Positions 56,401 through 64,000 of a stretch of DNA of 64,000 nt are shown here, one piece after another. Source of the stretch: Tubiluchus corallicola (Eukaryota; Animalia; Priapulida); contig JAQGDQ010000177.1 in NCBI GenBank assembly GCA_030141605.1, forward strand, positions 248,001-312,000. The letters are read 5' to 3'. How positions within the stretch are numbered: the stretch's first letter is position 1; each line of letters starts with the position of its first letter. Made by a program: the position numbers and the translations under genes. Below the pieces are notes generated by a model. The model saw nothing but the letters and a program-made list of their open reading frames with translations. It was not told the origin of the DNA and did not search any database.

Positions 56401-58803
56401 GCAGTGCTATCCCGAATTTCCACCGTACATGGAACTTCTTCTTCTTCTTCGGCAAAGTCGTCCTCATCTTCTGTGTCACCGGCGTCCTGCAAAGCCTGAC
56501 GTATCTGATCGATGTCGGCCCTCAAGGAGCGACGTTCGTGCTCAACTCGTTCTTTTAACTGAAAAAAACGAAGATTTGTAGAAATGTATTCTTTTATATA
56601 CAGTTTGGGCAATGATGGTCTGCATGTAATGTGCTCTACAGGATGACACACAGTACTAAACAGCAGGGACTGTTCAATGTACACGATTGTGGCATCACTG
56701 GTACCTCTCTGATTATCAGGGATAATTCTCTAAGCTGAAGCCTAAACTGAAACACGATGTAATGGGTTTCAAGTAATGACTGCTCCTTGCTGTATAGAAG
56801 AAATAGACAAACCATAAGAAACGGTATTAATTTTTAGGAAAAAGCACTAAAAAATTCTCAATACCTAGTACTGCCATTATTGACAGCTATGAGGGCTATG
56901 ATTCATGTTGCTTTCTCAATGGAAATGGTGCCTTGACGAACGACGTACAAGAACTCTTCAAGAACATCATACACATTTCATTTCCAATAAAACGGTGTGG
57001 AAAAAATTTACAAGAAAATACATGTATTTCTATTTGTCATTACTTTAAGTCAGATATGGGCGGATAGTGGGTTTGCGGTCACACAGTTGCGGTATCCGCA
57101 TTAATTTTATGGATTGCAGATAGTGAATTAATGGCGGAAATGTGGACCGTGGATTTTAAGTGTTTGCACAAAAAGTTTTCCCAATTTCAGTTCGTTAAGC
57201 ATGCCCTTGCGTATTAAAAGGCTTTTGCCACAAGATGTCCTCATCACCGCCTGCTTTTTTGCTCCTCCCGATATTTTATCTGGAAATTCCTAGATGCATA
57301 ACATTGCTCGTAATTACAAATATTATAGTGTTTTATTCCAGCCTATTATGGTTTATGGTGTGCTGTGATGAATTATGATATGGTTGAGCGATGAACTATG
57401 TACATCGTACTGTGTGTATCGTCGTTGAAGGTTTAAAAGCAAAATTAGGGTCTGGCTAGTAATTTATTATTAATTCGCGATTATAATTGCTAGCTTCATA
57501 TTAAGAAATGGTTTTTAACAATAGGGCACACATACCAAGCCTAGTTAATTTGCGCCTGCATTTTGCGGACATTGCGGATACAAGAATATTCAAATTTCAC
57601 TCAATCCACGTATTTTGTGGATGCAGACATTTGTAGTTGGGGATTGTGTGGTTGGGATAAACAAGAAAGTGATATTTGCCCATTTTTGCTTTAAGTATAG
57701 AAGGGCAACCATTTCCTAAAACCCCGTATATATACCTTCCCTCTAAAAACTAAATACCCAGGAACACTTACAGGTGAGACAATGATCTGGTAAAAGTAAA
57801 TTCAACAAAAAAGTTGATAAAGTGACTAGCATAAAGTAAAAATAAAAGAAACCAAACATTATGAAGCCTGTAATTTACTTGGTGGCTGTCCATCCATTTA
57901 CTACCCATGCTCAGTTTTGCTTCACTTTGGTTGCCAAGCACACACTGTGATATCTACTACTTCATCATAATATTACTAAGACATAGATGTCAGTTAACCC
58001 TTTCACTACATAGTTGCTTTTTAACAGGGCCACATTGGCTTTTGTACACTTGACAATAACTTCTTGTGGTGTGTTACCAAAATTGAATCTTGTAAATAAA
58101 CAAATAGTCATTCGTTACTAACCACTAATATTGAATATTAGATCTATTTATACACGTGCCCACACATCCACGCACACATATATGCACTCATGCATGCATG
58201 CACGTGTGCACCCACACAAATAAAAACATACTTATATATATTTAGAAGCCAATTTTCACAAAAGTCATATTTCTAATCCATAGCATGCAATTATATAATA
58301 AGAAATGCAGAACAAGTGACTAAACACATTCCACCAACTATCAACAAGCAATTTTGCATGAGAACGTACTATATAGTACAGTATTATGGAATTCACCTGG
58401 CTTCAGATGTTGACTGGCTGGTTAGAGTTACTTGTTGTGAAGCAACCACAATCCCAGGACTGTAAAACTTTTCTACAATGCTTTTGCTTGGCCGTGGCAG
58501 TGAAATAAACAGACCTGGCAACTGCACTTAGCACTGAGTTTGGGCAGCCTTCTGTTCCTTAGAAGAAAAACATAGGCAGCAGTGTGCCGCCTTCCGTAGT
58601 GAAAGGGTTAAGATACATATAACATCATGTGTAATACCATAATGTGCTAGGCAGCAGGGGACCCCAAGTTGATCTAACTCGGGGTCTTACGAAGCGAAAC
58701 CTGGCCCCACTGGCCACAGCCATTGCTCAAAACAGTCGGGTGTACACAAAAGAAAAGGCCAACTTACATTCGAATTATCCGAGCTACTTGGTTGACTAGC
58801 CAT
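21372..58803 (-). CDS. SNAPC4: snRNA-activating protein complex subunit 4 (SNAP190), 25 coding exons, about 1246 aa
   Basis: The 25 exons listed below all have GT-AG introns and matching phases and total 3741 nt. Motifs match recalled human SNAPC4: EHERRSLRADIDQIRQAL, PETCLLLNRVYQEIV, FGKPYFKD, PMNEDAR, DW..FEGSRT, 4.5 Myb repeats, and C-terminal YMLLKNRFLSLFYWPALM. Confidence 0.92.
21630..21697 (-). mobile_element. tRNA-derived SINE-like head or tRNA pseudogene
   Basis: Minus strand has an A box TAGCTCAGTTGGGTAGAGC and a B box GAGTTCAAATCC; no clean cloverleaf. Confidence 0.6.
22283..22803 (-). CDS. SNAPC4: SNAPC4 exon 24 (Thr/Ser-rich, polyQ)
   Basis: gttttag/GTAAGA; open frame with SRRKRKPLKK (NLS-like) and a Gln run. 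Confidence 0.85.
22981..23286. mobile_element. pogo/Tigger-like MITE, family D
   Basis: TA-CAGTAAGTCCTCACTCAA ... TTAAGCAAGGACTTACTG-TA; relatives at 54711-55352 and a fragment at 30232-30295. Confidence 0.8.
24005..24825 (-). CDS. SNAPC4: SNAPC4 exon 23 (large, S/T-rich, conserved C-terminal motif)
   Basis: tttgcag/GTATGT; 821-nt GC-rich open frame containing YMLLKNRFLSLFYWPALMSTM. Confidence 0.9.
25395..25560. repeat. Degenerate TTAGGG-like hexamer array
   Basis: ttagga/ttgggg/ttaggg/ttaaga units in 6-bp phase. Confidence 0.85.
25901..26371. mobile_element. TTAA-bounded repeat, family H, Kolobok-like (other copy 51559-52013)
   Basis: Colinear blocks aaagaaaattcttagtaattta, ccagtgtgcacca and gatacaaaatttcaaga. 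Confidence 0.7.
26766..26854 (-). CDS. SNAPC4: SNAPC4 exon 22
   Basis: tttctccttcag/GTGCTG (weak donor); LMPPSITTVKAFRRFLSERPDL; needed to restore phase. Confidence 0.75.
28026..28472. mobile_element. hAT-like MITE, family I, copy 1
   Basis: CAGGGATG ... TCTCATCCCTG TIRs; flanks tagttc/tagttt. Confidence 0.75.
28561..28603 (-). CDS. SNAPC4: SNAPC4 exon 21
   Basis: attttag/GTAATG; TLHLSAATGKRKNP. Confidence 0.72.
28618..28787. repeat. Minisatellite, 34-bp unit, 5 perfect copies
   Basis: aaaaacactaactttatcacatgcgatcaatcag repeated. Confidence 0.96.
29208..29278 (-). CDS. SNAPC4: SNAPC4 exon 20
   Basis: tttttctag/GTGAGT; MRRRTPESEEELATLAGVKASLLN. Confidence 0.8.
29416..29860. mobile_element. 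Tc1/mariner-type MITE
   Basis: aagggtgtcccataagt ... acttctgggacaccttg-TA. Confidence 0.55.
30505..31383. repeat. Minisatellite, about 70-77-bp unit, 12 copies
   Basis: tgacaaagatcgtggaaacaatcga.acatattgtttcttattatcagag..aaagagggcagcagtagcat repeated. Confidence 0.96.
31848..31930 (-). CDS. SNAPC4: SNAPC4 exon 19
   Basis: cttacag/GTATGT; SMGVSVSLLDQILCRTLQRELL; phase fits both neighbours. Confidence 0.75.
32049..32571. mobile_element. Kolobok-like non-autonomous DNA transposon, family A, copy 2
   Basis: TTAA-AGGAAAACCGGACAATTG ... CAATTGTTCGGTTTTCCT-TTAA. TTAA TSD with purine-purine termini fits Kolobok. Confidence 0.8.
33117..33256 (-). CDS. SNAPC4: SNAPC4 exon 18
   Basis: tttatag/GTACGG; MQSVPADKSVERLIRKIREEEDRRPP... 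Confidence 0.8.
33889..34453. mobile_element. Kolobok-like MITE, family B (related copy from about 8556)
   Basis: TTAA-AGGAAAAGGCCAAGCC ... GGCTTGTCCATTCCT-TTGA; shares atgttcacaaa.aac.ttagaa.gatttag with 8598-8635. Confidence 0.6.
34776..34997 (-). CDS. SNAPC4: SNAPC4 exon 17
   Basis: actcag/GTACGA; GC-rich and charged, phase 0-0. Confidence 0.85.
35040..35140. repeat. (TA)n-rich microsatellite
   Basis: Direct inspection. Confidence 0.9.
36215..36321 (-). CDS. SNAPC4: SNAPC4 exon 16 (Myb Rd)
   Basis: ttctag/GTAACT; NWSKLATVFGYRTTGAIMQRWKTL. Confidence 0.88.
37637..38250. mobile_element. Tc1/mariner-type MITE, copy 1
   Basis: TA-CAGTAGGTGCTACTTAATAGACTCA ... TGAGTCTATTAAACGGCACCTACTG-TA. 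Confidence 0.82.
39623..39717 (-). CDS. SNAPC4: SNAPC4 exon 15 (Myb Rc/Rd)
   Basis: gctcag/GTGAGT; YVNTLDENIKVGNWSTDEDKLICQLIQRHGKG. Confidence 0.92.
40843..41317 (-). mobile_element. Deleted pogo/mariner derivative
   Basis: Right end TCTTATACACGGGAAAATACGGTA, repeated TGTATAAGAGACCC motifs and an acidic ORF remnant. Confidence 0.7.
41378..41469 (-). CDS. SNAPC4: SNAPC4 exon 14 (Myb Rc)
   Basis: atttag/GTACAG; ALVNAVRRHGPAWSKVAQEVPGRSDSQCRNR. Confidence 0.93.
42361..42467 (-). CDS. SNAPC4: SNAPC4 exon 13 (Myb Rb/Rc)
   Basis: ttgtag/GTGAGT; YVEGRTRMQMWFRWHKTLNPDLRRGKWTEAED. Confidence 0.93.
42868..42950 (-). CDS. SNAPC4: SNAPC4 exon 12 (Myb Rb)
   Basis: tctgtag/GTATAT; NWSEEEDALLKDVIEQCKVGDYIPWNQ. 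Confidence 0.92.
43742..44387. mobile_element. hAT-like MITE, family I, copy 2
   Basis: CAAGGATGAGAAT ... ATTCTCATCCCTG; exact 6-bp TSD ATATGG; both arms near-identical to copy 1. Confidence 0.8.
45159..45226 (-). CDS. SNAPC4: SNAPC4 exon 11 (Myb Ra)
   Basis: tttttag/GTGAGT; TGRTPFQCLRRYQTKLN. Confidence 0.92.
46751..46912 (-). CDS. SNAPC4: SNAPC4 exon 10 (Myb Rh/Ra)
   Basis: ttccag/GTACGT; FEGSRTPSECELKWENDLHP...NWTTIAAKLG. Confidence 0.93.
47873..47948 (-). CDS. SNAPC4: SNAPC4 exon 9 (Myb half repeat)
   Basis: cacag/GTAAGT; ...EGIDWLRVSSTD. Confidence 0.88.
48202..48309 (-). CDS. SNAPC4: SNAPC4 exon 8
   Basis: atccag/GTACGT; ...MLKEKIKEIDAEIDKL. Confidence 0.85.
48410..49302. mobile_element. 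Tc1/mariner-type MITE, copy 2 (longer)
   Basis: CAGTAGGCATTGCTTAATAAACTCA ... TGAGTCTATTAAGCGGTGCCTACTG-TA; colinear with 37637-38250. Confidence 0.8.
50110..50191 (-). CDS. SNAPC4: SNAPC4 exon 7
   Basis: ttatag/GTATGC; WTEKEIKALKRAVRSSYLRNHIQLLLSK. Confidence 0.87.
50280..50430. repeat. (AAT)n microsatellite
   Basis: Direct inspection. Confidence 0.97.
50893..51338. mobile_element. piggyBac-type MITE, copy 1
   Basis: cTAA-CCCTTTCACTACG ... CGTAGTGAAAGGG-TTAA. Confidence 0.85.
51397..51475 (-). CDS. SNAPC4: SNAPC4 exon 6
   Basis: ttttccag/GTATGT; HAPMNEDARLKKQ... Confidence 0.88.
52117..52523. mobile_element. Tigger/pogo-like MITE
   Basis: TA-CAGTGTTCCCTCACTT ... TAGCGAGGGAACACTG-TA. Confidence 0.82.
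52555..53100. repeat. Dispersed repeat, family J (copies 53435-54020 direct; about 43200-43600 inverted)
   Basis: Shared ctcaaaagatgtcagt, gcctccaa, gaaaaaca..cgttc, tagacggaaacaga blocks. Confidence 0.7.
53209..53316 (-). CDS. SNAPC4: SNAPC4 exon 5
   Basis: tttgcag/GTATGT; ...PPVSLFGKPYFKDSWGC. Confidence 0.9.
54440..54616 (-). CDS. SNAPC4: SNAPC4 exon 4 (N-terminal coiled coil)
   Basis: tttttcag/GTACAA; LPNTPETCLLLNRVYQEIVQDTMEQVTLLLEANAERQ. Confidence 0.92.
54711..55352. mobile_element. pogo/Tigger-like MITE, family D, longer copy
   Basis: TA-CAGTAAATCCTCGCTTAAC ... GTTAAGCGAGGACTTACTA-TA. Confidence 0.8.
55629..55684 (-). CDS. SNAPC4: SNAPC4 exon 3
   Basis: ttgtag/GTAAGA; bridges phase 1 to phase 0 (KERSSSSAVHMTKTEPKQ). 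Confidence 0.7.
56357..56558 (-). CDS. SNAPC4: SNAPC4 exon 2
   Basis: tttttttcag acceptor, GTGAGA donor; LKERVEHERRSLRADIDQIRQAL plus an acidic tract. Confidence 0.88.
57998..58607. mobile_element. piggyBac-type MITE, copy 2 (opposite orientation)
   Basis: TTAA-CCCTTTCACTAC ... GTAGTGAAAGGG-TTAA; reverse-complement similarity to 50893-51338. Confidence 0.88.
58768..58803 (-). CDS. SNAPC4: SNAPC4 coding exon 1 (MASQPSSSDNSN)
   Basis: ataATGG start and GTAAGT donor, phase 0 matching exon 2; acceptor ctttcattttag places the exon start at 58845. No homology support. Confidence 0.65.
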
Positions 58804-59408
58804 TATCTAGTTTGTTACTTCACTTGTGATACTTCACTTTTTTATCTAAAATGAAAGCATGAATTTTCTATTACTGAATTTAGCAAAATTTAATTACATT
58901 ATTTAATTGTAAGTTTCAATTTATTGTTCATTTCATTAATACAAAGTTGATAAATTCAATAATTTAATAAAACACTAGAGGGACAACCATGAAGTCTGTG
59001 TCAGGCAAATATGAATCGAAAATAGATACTTTTATATGCTGATATATAGATTAACTACTATGTACTAACAAATTAGCATCTCAGACAACTATGTTATCCA
59101 ACTGAGACAAAAATTACTAAGTGTAACTACTTAGTTATATTTTCACTCTCACAATTTAGTAACAAACGCAGTATCAGTAGAATATGTTACAACTTAACGA
59201 AAATGGCATAACTAGTTTAGCCTAAACAGTATGCTAATTCAATAAGGAAATCTTGTAGACTAAATAAATCATCAATTCCGCCCGCAATTTTAAAAAAATG
59301 CAGAACTCGCACCGCTTTATTTTAATTTATAAATTAGAGTTGTGTTGACTTTGTAAGTAAAATGCATAAGCAGTCTTCTTAAAAGGCATAAAAGTTAAAA
59401 ACACTTAC

Positions 59409-59500
59409 TTAATAACGATTTTACGACTTTTAAACGCCATACTTATTTGCTTGCCGCTCCGCGCTGCTAGAATTCTTCAAGAAGTGATGCATCGCTTAAT
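59409..59500 (-). other. Putative first (5'UTR) exon of SNAPC4; 5' end approximate
   Basis: Consensus donor AA|GTAAGT at 59409/59408 next to a locally CpG-rich patch (59453-59465). Confidence 0.45.
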
Positions 59501-62500
59501 TGCACATTCTTCACTACCAAAACGAATAGTTATAATAGTTGACTATATAGTAATAATATCCCTTTATAGATGTAAAAAATACAATGAATAATATTAGACG
59601 GACAATTTATCATATCAAAGTATTGTCGAATCACCAGAGAATGAAACATGCCCTCAATATTAAATTTTAACAAAAGTCTTGCGTGTCTCAAAAAATGCAG
59701 ACAAGCGGTATGATCAGAGCAGAGTGTAAAAAAAACTCAAAATTTTGCAGCACGTCTTGAAATGTCTAGCAAGCTTATCTATTGAATTATAATGGCAGTA
59801 CATTGCCAAAAGGTAATTCACCAAGTGCATCTAATTCCCTGTATACAGAACATGAGTGCGGAAATGAGTTTGCTACATTTGAATGTGTCAGGAGAGATAT
59901 AGGTAACGTTCACTCTGATGTGGTTTCAGTTATATGTACGCCACATATTTGTGTAAATGCAAATTTAAATCGTAATGACAAGAATAACGATAATCAATAA
60001 AAAATCCACAATTAGAATGATAAAATACACGATACATCAAATCACCGCCGAGGTTTTCCATCGGAAGAAAGAAGAAAAAAAGGGAAAATATTACACTCCC
60101 TGGTACTATTTTTGTTTTTTTCGTTTTGTTACTTGCACATAAAAATAATTAATGGATACTTGATTAACGATACAGTCAAATCCAACAATCGCAGAAGCAC
60201 AGCACATAAAAACACGAGGAAAAACACAAAAGCAGAACATGAGTCGGAGTAATTGAGAGAGAGAAACAAAAACGTATGTAACTACAAGAGGTTTGTAATT
60301 ACAGATTACAATAAAACGTTGTTAGTGCAAAATTTTCCTTCTTTCTTTTCAATTTCAAAGAAAACGATGTTCTTCATCTGAGCTTTTTAAAAGCAAATTA
60401 CAATCGTGTAACGACTTTAATTCAGTACGAGAATACTGTACAGCAGAGCACTATAATGAAGCCATTTAGTCCATCACCGGGGATACCCGGCACAGTCGCC
60501 AGGGTTACCCCCACTGTGCGAAACAGAACGTTGGCTGCTGTCACAAGTGTTTGACGACAGTATTGGTCTTTGATCGTAACATAATACCAGCTACAAGACT
60601 TGCAACTATAATGATAAATGGCTTCTCATTATTATACTTTCGTAGAAATGTGCCGAGAGTTACAAATAATTAATACTTTAGAGTTGTGTGTCTAATGTTT
60701 GATGAAAGCACTGTGTAAGCGCAGTAGAGTTGGACAAAAAATTTGTGCCGTGTAATGTAAGTATAATCATCAAACAAAAGTGTTGGGACAGACATCGTGC
60801 TTAGACAGCAAGAGTGTTTCTTGGCTTTTCTAGTGAAAAAACACACTAATTTTTTTGAGTGCAGGCTTGTCATTATGGTGACTAAGGTATCCAGGTGGTT
60901 TTCTAAGTTCTGAGTATACGTTTTGTCGACACTGTGGACTTCATGAGCAAGTCTTTGAGAAAATAAGACAATTGTAAACTAAAAGAACCCACAGAACTCA
61001 AAGTGTTGCATCTACATGACAAGAAGGTAAAGAATTCAAAGTCAAAACAGCTAGTTTTACAAAATTTAAATTTTGAAAATTTTTGACCATCCAACATGTT
61101 ACAATAAATTTCATTACGACGCATTACAAATACACTATTAATGCATTACAACACATTACAAGTAAATCGAAAAAACAACACTGACAATATTTTGGGCTTC
61201 TTGGCATGTAAATTGAGTTGTTTCTTTGTTCCATGCATCTTGTATTAGTTTACAATTAGATAGTTTTCTCAAAATTCAAAGATTTGCTAAGGAAGTTAAC
61301 AGCGTTGATGAAACGTCCATGGCCTTCAATAAATTTAGTTAAGTGATAATTCGAGGCGGTCTCGTAGTTATTACGTCATTAACTCCCATCTCACGTCATT
61401 ATAGCATCAGCTATACCAGTATTGTTTGTTAATATGCACGAAGTAGCTTCCATCATTAAAAATTGAAATGAGTTATGCGTGATTGCTAATTACTCGTCTT
61501 GCTATATGGATGAACAACCTACATTTTGTTACCTAGATACTGCATGAAGAGGAACTGTGCTCACAAGGATGTTGTGTTGGTGAAATGAATGAAACTTTGA
61601 GTTTAATGAGCTTAAACCTACCTGTGATAACTATCACTGACTGGTCGTTGGACTTGGCATCTCGTACTACTGATACTTTACTTTCGTTTGAGCCAATTAA
61701 ACCCAGGTAAAGACTTAATAAAACAGGTTTAGATAGGATTAGATACTATGTTAAATATATATATAACTAGATAAAGCATGGTGTGCTGTGCTGAAAACTG
61801 TTAAAAGCCTAGGTATTTATTTAGTTTACACCATTCTTTAGCACTAGAAGGACCGGGCGCATCAACTGAAGCATTTTTGTTTTCATTTTGTGCATATCTC
61901 TAGAATCTCTGGAGGATATGTTCCTATTTTTATTACTTTTCCTATTTTAGTGCTAACTACATAGAAATTCACAGAATATTGCGTAGAAATTCAGGACTGA
62001 AACATTACTTTAACCTTGCTAAAAATAAACTAGTACCTAGAAGGGCCAGATACTATATTGACGTCATTTACTTACATCACGCTGTTAGAAAGAACAAAAG
62101 TTCGCAGTATAACAGAAATGCTTGTGGTTTATGAAAGGATTATAAATACAGGTTTATTCTGTAATTTTTGTAAAATAATTAATTTTTTGATATCTTCAAA
62201 CGAAAACGTAAGAGAAACTTTCCATTGCTGTGGCGGAAGTGCTGTTTCTCCGCTTTGCTAAAATATACATGAAATGGAATTTGAACGCGGTATATGGTCA
62301 CCTGGTAAGCTGCTAATCAAGTGTTACACCTGTTGTGGCGTGGCACTTGCAGTTAAAATCTTTGGTCATTGAAGAACGTTTGAACATAACAAAAACTGAT
62401 TATCGATGCAAAAAAATGCAAAAACACTGTTTGTTAAAAGAAGTCTTCAAATCAGTGTATCATTAAAACCTCTCCCTACATAAACGAATTGTTCAAAATT

Positions 62501-63067
62501 GCGAAACTCTAACTATAACTACTCCTTGCGAGGAGACCTGATGGTAAAAATCCCACTTGTAAGAACGGTAAAAAAGGTTTGCACTCGTTTATATATAAAG
62601 GCTCAAAAGCGTGAAATGGCTTTAATTTGCCTCCCATGTGCTGATTTGAAATGATTCAAAGTGTAATTTTGCAATTTTTATCTGTTTTTATCATCATCGT
62701 TTTAATGGTACGTTAACTTGCATGCTTGAATAAATGGTAATGGTACGTATGCTTGAATAAAAATAAATGATCATATTTAGATTTCGCTCAATGCTTTTAC
62801 ACACTTAGTGGAATGTAGTTATTTTAATTATCTGCTTTCAAACTTGTAAATGAAATCAGATACTTTATTTTTGCTTTTAACAATATTTTGTTTGTTGTTA
62901 TTAGTTTTATAATAATTGTTGTAATTTTTCTTATGATAATACTTCTTATGTGAATGTTCCTGATGTACCTCAAAATCGACTTTAAATAAACTATTAACTT
63001 AGTTATTCAAGTTGAAATAACACACGTGAATGTACGATTAGTTTGATCGAGGTATAATTTGGAGTAA

Positions 63068-63958
63068 TGTTTTCAGCATAACAGTTTAATTTCAACTGTT
63101 GACACATAATGTAGGAGAAAGTAGGCTTTTACACCTTCCTTCGAAAGCTATACTTTCGCCTTCTTTTCAATCCTGGAACAGAGGCACATTCTAAACAAGG
63201 TGGAAAAGGTGGTGTAGTGTTTTCAGCACGACAGTTTAATTTCAACTGTTGACACATAATATAGGAGAAATTAGGCTTTTACACCTTCCATAAAAAGCCA
63301 TACTTTCACCTTCTTTTTAATCCTGGAACAGGGCACATTCTAAACAAGGTGGAAAAGGTGGTGTAGTGTTTTCAGCACGACAGTTTAATTTCAACTGTTA
63401 ACACATAGTGTAGGAGAAATTAGGCTTTTACACCTTCCATAAAAAGCCATATTTTCACCTTCTTTTCAATCTTGGAACAGAGGCACATTCTAAACAATGT
63501 GGAAAAGGTGGTGTAGTGTTTTCAGCATGACAGTTTAATTTCAACTGTTCACACATAATGTAGGAGAAAGTAGGCTTTTACACCTTCCATCGAAAGCCAC
63601 ATGTTCACCTTCTTTTCAATCCTGGAACAGAGGCACATTCTAAACAATGTGGAAAAGGTGGTGTAGTGTTTTCAGCATGACAGTTTAATTTCAACTGTTC
63701 ACACATAATGCGGGAGAAAGTAGGCTTTTACACCTTCCATAAAAAGCCATATTTTCACCTTCTTTTCAATTCTGGAACAGAGGCACATTCTAAACAATGT
63801 GGAAAAGGTGGTGTAGTGTTTTCAGCATGACAGTTTAATTTCAACTGTTCACACATAATGTAGGAGAAAGTAGGCTTTTACACCTTCCATAAAAAGCCAT
63901 ATGTTCACCTTCTTTTCAATCCTAGAACAGAGGCACATTCTAAACAATATGGAAAAGG
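63068..63958. repeat. Satellite-like tandem array, about 150-bp unit, about 6 copies
   Basis: acagtttaatttcaactgtt recurs at 63081, 63231, 63380, 63530, 63680 and 63830. Confidence 0.96.
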
Positions 63959-64000
63959 CTGCATAACTATTGTTCTTTTTATTTTTTACGTATCAACAAT

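Noticed and set aside
59782-60000. 72-aa plus-strand ORF as a divergent gene from the SNAPC4 promoter
   Set aside because: Starts at TTG and has no recognisable motif or supporting splice structure.

Overview
This is AT-rich, repeat-dense eukaryotic DNA, most likely from an invertebrate animal; the taxon cannot be fixed from the sequence. It holds two convergent protein-coding genes. The first is a class A (rhodopsin-like) orphan GPCR with an intronless CDS on + (10826-11929). The second is a SNAPC4/SNAP190 orthologue on - (58803->21372, about 1246 aa) with 25 coding exons, rebuilt by hand with GT-AG, phase-consistent junctions. The rest is introns and intergenic DNA filled with non-autonomous DNA transposons (Tc1/mariner-pogo, piggyBac, Kolobok-like, hAT-like), decayed LINE fragments, a tRNA-derived SINE-like element, minisatellites (34, 69, about 72 and about 150 bp units) and long microsatellites. 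I found no convincing wholly new biological system. The best leads are a spliced uORF ahead of SNAPC4, a conserved putative SNAPC2-binding motif, a Penelope-type hammerhead-like core and a CAGGG-ended element with 6-bp target-site duplications (TSDs). Homology calls come from recalled sequences and motifs, not from database searches.
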